From contig CM022669.1 in the NCBI GenBank assembly GCA_012295275.1, forward strand, positions 9,362,001-9,426,000: a DNA stretch of 64,000 nucleotides, written 5' to 3'. Every line of letters starts with the position of its first letter. The first letter of the stretch is position 1. A program made the translations under genes and the position numbers. Source of the stretch: Chrysomallon squamiferum (lineage: Eukaryota; Animalia; Mollusca). The notes under the pieces are model-generated. The model had not been told where the DNA came from. It did no database searches and was given only the letters and a program-made list of their open reading frames with translations. Shown piece after piece: positions 57,319 to 64,000 of the stretch.

Positions 57319-58207
57319 CTGAAGAATTAAAATATTTACTTAAAATTTCATCACTAAATATTAAAAAAAGAAAGGTAACCACCCACCAAACAAAAAAACA
57401 AACAAAATATATGCCTTATCATAATTCCCTGTTAAAAATGTTTAAAAATTTAATTCATTCAAGACTTCAGGGATTTTCTACAAAATTTCTAAATTTATTA
57501 ATCCTACTAAGTATTTATCTGTTAATGTCATATATATCTGTACATAAAGAGAAAGCAAAAATGTTTCCTACTAAATGTTTGTTATTGTGTTTATATATAT
57601 AAACTGAACTAATTATATATATATATATGCAATTATTGGTGTGTTTGTGTGTGTATGTGTGTGTGTGCATGCATGTGTGTATGTGATGCATGTGTGTGTG
57701 TGTTGTGTGGTATGAGTAATGATAAAACTCGCAATGACTGACTATCTGTCTGTTAGCAGAAATGAAATAAAATAATAATAATAATAAAAAAAATTACTTA
57801 ATTATTAAAGAGAAAGAATGAAACAGAGGTTATCTACTATGAGTAATTTTTTTTCTTCTTTTTAGTACGAAGAAAAACCGAAAGTTCATTCCAAGAAATC
57901 ATCAAAACGAAAGTGGAATATAAAATTATTTAGACTATATTTATATATACATTTTAATAATTTTTTAATAATCCCATGTAATTATCGAAACAATAGATTT
58001 TGAAAATCGACAAATTAAAGCATGAAAATGTAATTTACTCAATATGAAGCTGCATTAAAACTGACAGCGATTTCACAACCACTAGAAAGTTGACAGCTGT
58101 CGCTTACAAACAGACTCAGACATAAAATGACAAAATAATTAGATAAATAAAAATAAGGCTGATTTATAAAATAAACCTTTAATTGTAGCAAACAGTTTCT
58201 AACACAC

Positions 58208-58287
58208 CTAGCGTTTTCTGTTGTCATATCTATTCCAAGTTTACCGAGCTCTGTGCACATCCAATTTTCCATCATGGAGGCAGACAT
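58208..58287 (-). CDS. TRIP4: TRIP4 exon 1 (coding part)
   Basis: caacATG; MSASMMENWMCTELGKLGIDMTTENA AG|gtgtgt; 80 nt, phase 2, in frame with exon 2. Confidence 0.9.
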
Positions 58288-58749
58288 GTTGGTTCAAGGG
58301 AATTAACTCTGTTTTGAATCTTTAGTTGAAGGCTACATTTTTCACTTTAGAAGCAGCTATTCTAATGCATGTATCGTTTTGATGAAAATAACAAGTACTT
58401 TTTATTATTTTATATTATAAATAAAGTGTAGAAAGGATATCAGTAATAATAATGATAATAATAATAATATCATGAAAATGTTTTAATATTTAATATTTAC
58501 TGTTAACTTTGTAAAAGTAACTAAAAGTACTTATTGTTACTATTGTTGTTGTTATATTTTATCTTACATAACGAATATAATTTCGGAATACGTTGACCAG
58601 TTAAATGATTAATTAATTATTAAATGTTTTTCTTTCCCTTTTGGTTTATAACTGTGTGTTCATAGAATTAAACTGACAAACATAAAGAGGAGAGGGATGC
58701 AAGTATAAACACACAGGAACAAATATGTAGATATAATATCACAGGTTTC

Positions 58750-58780
<31 letters not shown>

Positions 58781-58993
58781 AGAAGTAAAAAAGGCATTAA
58801 TGGAATGCATTACAAAGAAATTTATTTAAGTAAAACAAATTAAAATGTGTTACTTGGTTACATACATTAAACGGAAAGTTATAAATCTAATGACGACCAG
58901 TAATACCAGTGTCTCAAACAAACATTTTGATTTCATTTATTTATTATTTACTTTTATTTCCTTTGTTCCATTTTTATAGTACGTATTATTTTG

Positions 58994-59037
<44 letters not shown>

Positions 59038-59110
59038 AGCTATTTTTATTGCTATTAGTATTATAAATTAGAGTTTGAGAAGAAAGCTGTTAAAATAGCA
59101 TCAAATGATA
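59038..59110 (-). mobile_element. Short interspersed repeat fragment abutting an (AAT)n tract, copy 2
   Basis: Homologous to 25984-26055 in the same orientation. Confidence 0.55.
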
Positions 59111-59133
59111 GTGATTCGTCATTAGTGAACGTA

Positions 59134-59162
59134 TGACGTCATAGACGTAACTAACACTTCCG
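59134..59162. promoter_or_regulatory. CRE/ATF (TGACGTCA) and Ets (ACTTCCG) motifs upstream of TRIP4
   Basis: Exact motif matches at 59134-59141 and 59156-59162, ~850 bp upstream of the ATG. Confidence 0.3.
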
Positions 59163-59989
59163 TGACAAGTCGTTATCTTCTTAACCACAGTATCTGTTTT
59201 CTTGTTTATTCTGATGTCCACTCAAGTCTCCTAATGACGTAAAACACGACAATTTGTCATCAGACCATATCTGCTCCAATCTGACTGATGTCAGAAAAAT
59301 AAATGTTCTGTATCTTGTAAAACCATTCACGTAAGTAGATTCATACACTCTTTACGTTCACGTTACTTTGAAACCACAAGTGTCCATTACTTTAATAATT
59401 AACAGAATTCAAGACGGACGAATTAAAAAATCTCAATCTGGTATAAAATGGAATAAATCGAGCATTTGCGTGGAATGTCGTGTTAGGGATTCTGGGCCTT
59501 TAATGAAATAGGTAAAATATCTCTCTCGACAGCTTAACTGAACGGAACACGAAATAGTTTTAAAGGTATTTTGAAAGAGCATTAAGGTAAAATTTAGATA
59601 AAATAAAATGCTAATCCACTGTTTAATGTTATTTAAGTGCGTGTTGTGTCGTATTAAAGTGAAAGTCACCGTTAAACGCAGATAGCTGTATCACTCAAAG
59701 ACTCTTTTATGCTTCGTGTCAGAAATCATTAATGTGTTTTTCATTCTCAGATTAACAGGCTTACATTCTGGGCTCTGATTCGGCCTATAACGATTTAATA
59801 TTTCTCCTTCGTCGTTTAAATTTATGTACAGTAGGAGCAGAAAAAAAAGAAAGAAAAAGAGTAATAAAAAATAAAAATAAAAAATAAACTTAAATAATAA
59901 TAAAAATAAAAATTAATAAAATAACACGATCCAAAAAGTCTTCTTTTCGTTTTTTTCTCTCACTCTCATTCACAATCGTTCTCTCTCTC

Positions 59990-60074
<85 letters not shown>

Positions 60075-62839
60075 TTCTGTCTTTCTTCTTCTTTCATATA
60101 GTTAAATTAATATCAACGTAAAACGGTTTTCAAAAGAACGGGCGAACTATTGTTTGTCTAAATTGATATTATCAAGTGAAATGCAAATTAATGACATAAA
60201 CGTGTAAAATCGTTTCATTAAGAAAGCGGAACATGACTATTTCCTAAACGAGGCGGTGGAAACGAAAAATGATACTTGTTATCATATTTCTGTTAATTTC
60301 ACATAATGATTCACCGATCAATCAAATTTCTATTGAAATCTTTTACTGCATTTGATAGATGCCTATAAAATAATTATCTCTGATCAGTTATGGCTTACAC
60401 TTCAATACACGTTTGACGATCATTGTATTTGTATGCAGCTTGTATTTTTTTTTTTTTTTTTGTGAAATATAAATTTGTGTGTATGGGAACGTGTGAGTTT
60501 CTGCATAATGTCAGTATGCTGAGCCTTAACGATAGAATAAATTGAATTTTCTAGAGTTTATTTTCATGTTCGATTATTTTCGTGCTATTTTGCTTTCGTA
60601 GACAGATGTATTGAAACCAGTACACTGTAACAAATATAATACATGTATGTGAGAAGCAAAATCAATAAAAAGAATAAAATGAAATAAATAAATAAATAAA
60701 AATAAAATAAAATAAAATAAAATAAAATAAAATAAAAATAAAATAGAATAAAAATAAAATAAAAAAATAAAATAAAAAAATAAACAAATAAATAAATAAA
60801 CATTGGAAACTGGTTTTATTTTTGACTGTTTGCCAGGCTAAGAAGATCAGAAATGACTAAATCGGTTCATACTACGCATGTAGAGACACCGAGACACCGT
60901 TTATAGCAACGTCAGCTGACTTTTAGATAACTGATTTATAATTTAGTGAATGATTTTTATTATTAGCTAAACTGATGAAACAATATTTTATTTATTTATT
61001 TATTTTTTTATTTATTTATTTATTTTTATTTATTTTATTTTATTTTATTTTATTTTATTTTAATTTTAATTAATTTTTATTAATTTATTTGTTTATTTAT
61101 TTATTTATTTTTATTTATTTATTTATATTTTGTTTCATTTATTATCATTTTTTTACGGATTTGATAGACATACACATGCAGTCTGAAAAGGTTATGACTA
61201 TATATCATGTGTTTTGTATAAATGAATAATTAGAGTGGATTTGTAATAATTTAAAATAATGCTTTTTTTATATTATTTAAAAAGGCAGATTAAAGCATTT
61301 TGCAATTTGATGTCAGTTAAACGACCTTCATTTACTCTGCTGTATATTAAACTACTAATGCATCATATGAATACGCCTTTATTCCGACAACATATGGCCT
61401 AGTGCACATAACACTAAAGTAATGAAAAAAAAAAGCCTACATTGCTACAACAAAAGACATCACCATACCGAACAACGCCGTTTCATCAGACGACAAAGAA
61501 AGAAAAAAAAAAAAAAAAAAAAAAAAGTAAAAGATATATATCGATAAAACTAATCACTAATGAAAAGAGAAAAGCAAACACGAAACTCATTATGATATTC
61601 TATCCATCACAAAGTGCGGGGATCTTAATCACAAGAAAAAACAAAGCGGCCATAAATAAATCGTTTTCGTGTCGTCTGCAGCTCGAAACGCGATTGTCGT
61701 CTGCTCGTGTTAAGAGCGCGAACTGTCGACAGATCGCGTGCGTTTACTAGCCGTACAAGTCATCAACAGATTTTTACATCACTGAAGAAAAAGAGTTCTT
61801 CGCTTGTAACGATTAAATGCTTTCAAGGAATAAAAACAGCTGATCCGAATAGAATGAAAAAAAAAATAAAAATAAAAATAAAAATAAAAATAAAAATAAA
61901 AATAAATAAAAATAAAAACGTATAAAAGCTGGTCCCGCCACATCAAAGGGAAACCATGGCGATCACTCAATTTTCCGATCAATCTTTGCAGCACTTGAAT
62001 CAGCGCGAGTTCACCAAAAGATTACCTTCAAGAGAAAATCCGTCATTTGAGCCTGACGTCTCCGCGAAGAGTCTTTTGTAGCTACGAAGTTAATCCTCCG
62101 TGTTCTGTAACCGTCGTCACTTGTACGTCTGCTGAAAACACAGCTCAAGCAGTCCATTAGGTCTGGTGTCTAGGGACAACGAGGACAATATCCATCTTTT
62201 CATTTTCTTAAATTTCTGTTCTGCAGCTGTGTACACACAATGACACACCTGCGTCATATATTCAAATACACATCCATCAATCAATCCATCCACACACACA
62301 CACACACACACACTCACATGAATTCATACCCATAAACAGCCGTCTATTTAATTTTAAGAGAAAAAAAAGAGTATAAAATAAAATGAAAAATGAAAAAGGG
62401 ATCGAAAACGAAAAAAAGCCATTATTAATGCCCGGGCTATAAAATAGGTTTCCAAATCTCTGTGAACAATCTCACTTCCCGATAGCGGACGGAAAACCTG
62501 AAGCCATAAAAAGAAAAATCTGTCTCCGGTTTTTCCTTCATTAGAAAGGCGAGGAACGGAGATCTAAGAACAGTTTTTTTATCTAGGAACGAAAAATGAT
62601 TCGTTTATTCAGTGAAGTGAAAACTTTATTATTTGACAGTTTCACGAAAGCTTGTGTGACTAATAATGTCATGAAAACTATTAAAGAAACGTATTACTAC
62701 TATTACTTCTTTACTACTACTAGTATTACTATTATTGCTATTACTACTGTTGCTTCTTCTGCTTCAGCTATTACTATTATTATTGTTATTGTTATTGTTA
62801 TTGTTATTGTTATTATTATTATTATTGTTGTTGTTGTTG

Positions 62840-62876
<37 letters not shown>

Positions 62877-62901
62877 AATTATTACTATTATTATCTACAT
62901 T

Positions 62902-63259
62902 ATGAGACGATTTAGCAGGAATCCGAAAACGGCCATCTGAGTAAAGCAAAATGTTTAGAAGTAAAATTTCTATTATTATCAGTAATACTAGTATTGTTGT
63001 AGTTGTTTTATTAATATCATTATCTTCGTCATTATAATTTTTGTAGACATAATTTTAAATGTTAGACAGATACACACACACACACACACAGACACACAAA
63101 CACACACACACACACACACACACAGAGAGTTTAGCCATTTAAAGTCACAGTTTGTCTCTGGGGGTGAATGCAGTATGATCATAAATACATTAGTCCAGAG
63201 TAATTTATATTTTACGACAGCTGAAACTAAATGTCGTTTTAAATAAATAAACAAACAAA

Positions 63260-63294
<35 letters not shown>

Positions 63295-63446
63295 AAACGT
63301 TTCTGAAACAAAGTAAAAGGAAAACGTACAACTCAAGTTACTTCGTGTCTGTGACTTGAAACCATCAATCAAGTGGAAATTTTATTTCTAAACATTATTG
63401 CTTTTCTCAGACGGCCGTTTTTCGGATTGCTGCTAAATCGTCTCAT
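62902..63446. repeat. ~70-bp inverted repeat pair with ~400-bp spacer
   Basis: 62902-62970 (atgagacgatttagcaggaatccgaaaacggccatctgag...) is a near reverse complement of 63376-63446. Confidence 0.9.
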
Positions 63447-63602
63447 CGAATTCATTTCGAACTTCTTCTTGTAGCGCTGTATCATCCGGCGGTAAATTGG
63501 TTCATAAGAACGCTTCATTATTGCGTCGACCGGTTCTTCGAAATAGCGAGAAGAACGACAAACGGGCGCAAATCCATCATTGTCAGCCGTTTGCGGCACT
63601 TC
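63369..63602 (-). CDS. Possible terminal coding exon of an unidentified gene
   Basis: Non-repetitive 78-codon open frame with possible acceptor ttcacag| at 63603-63604; no recognised family. Confidence 0.25.
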   Translation of the reverse strand, partial: EVPQTADNDGFAPVCRSSRYFEEPVDAIMKRSYEPIYRRMIQRYKKKFEMNSMRRFSSNPKNGRLRKAIMFRNKIST

Positions 63603-63896
63603 CTGTGAATCGGATATGGAATGCGCCAAGACAGCCAATTACTGGCCGCGAAAGAGCGTGCATTACCACTGAACATTAAAATGCGTTTTTCAGTTGGCTT
63701 TTTCAGTCAGTCTGCTTTCAGAAAACACTGTTTACTTTCGTTCCCCTGTATTAATTTATTGTTAAATTTTAAGGTTTCTTTGTTTGTTTGTTTGTTTGTT
63801 TGTTTGTTTATTTATTTATTTATTTATTTATTTATAATTTGCAATTCATTGTAAATGAACATGGTATGTTCTAATAAATTCATTGCTTTAAATAAC

Positions 63897-63957
<61 letters not shown>

Positions 63958-64000
63958 ATACTCGTCGATATCATCTTATTTAATTTTATTTATTTATTTA

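Noticed and set aside
63369-63638. Cip/Kip CDI-domain call from VCRS..F..PVD
   Set aside because: Lacks the RxLFG cyclin-binding motif and the WNFDF motif; resemblance too weak to call.
58300-64000. PCLAF/PAF15 head-to-head with TRIP4 as in human
   Set aside because: No MVRTKA-like N-terminus or QKGIGEFF-like motif found by eye on the plus strand.

Overview
Very AT-rich, microsatellite-saturated eukaryotic (metazoan, probably invertebrate) genomic DNA; a mollusc-like origin is inference only. Nearly all supplied ORFs are simple-repeat artefacts. Two real spliced genes can be rebuilt by hand, both on the minus strand. (1) A complete 12-exon TRIP4/ASC-1 gene (ATG 58287 to TGA 49656, ~564-569 aa, zf-C2HC5 plus ASCH domain). 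(2) The first three coding exons of a ZNF608/ZNF609/scribbler(brakeless) gene (5516-4920, 3254-3098, 1810-1723), which continues off the left edge. The ~40 kb between them alternates microsatellite blocks with short CpG-containing islands and holds candidate non-coding 5' exons and promoters. Main leads: a TRIP4-then-ZNF609 order and orientation matching the human locus; a 59-bp minisatellite made of a TRIP4 splice acceptor, giving 7 decoy 3' splice sites; a textbook recursive-splice AG|GT site; a 38-aa uORF whose stop overlaps the ZNF608/609 start codon; a circZNF609-like first coding exon; a duplicated ~150-bp structured element; a strand-biased CGTCTGC motif; and unexplained coding-like islands with an inverted duplication at 62-63.6 kb.
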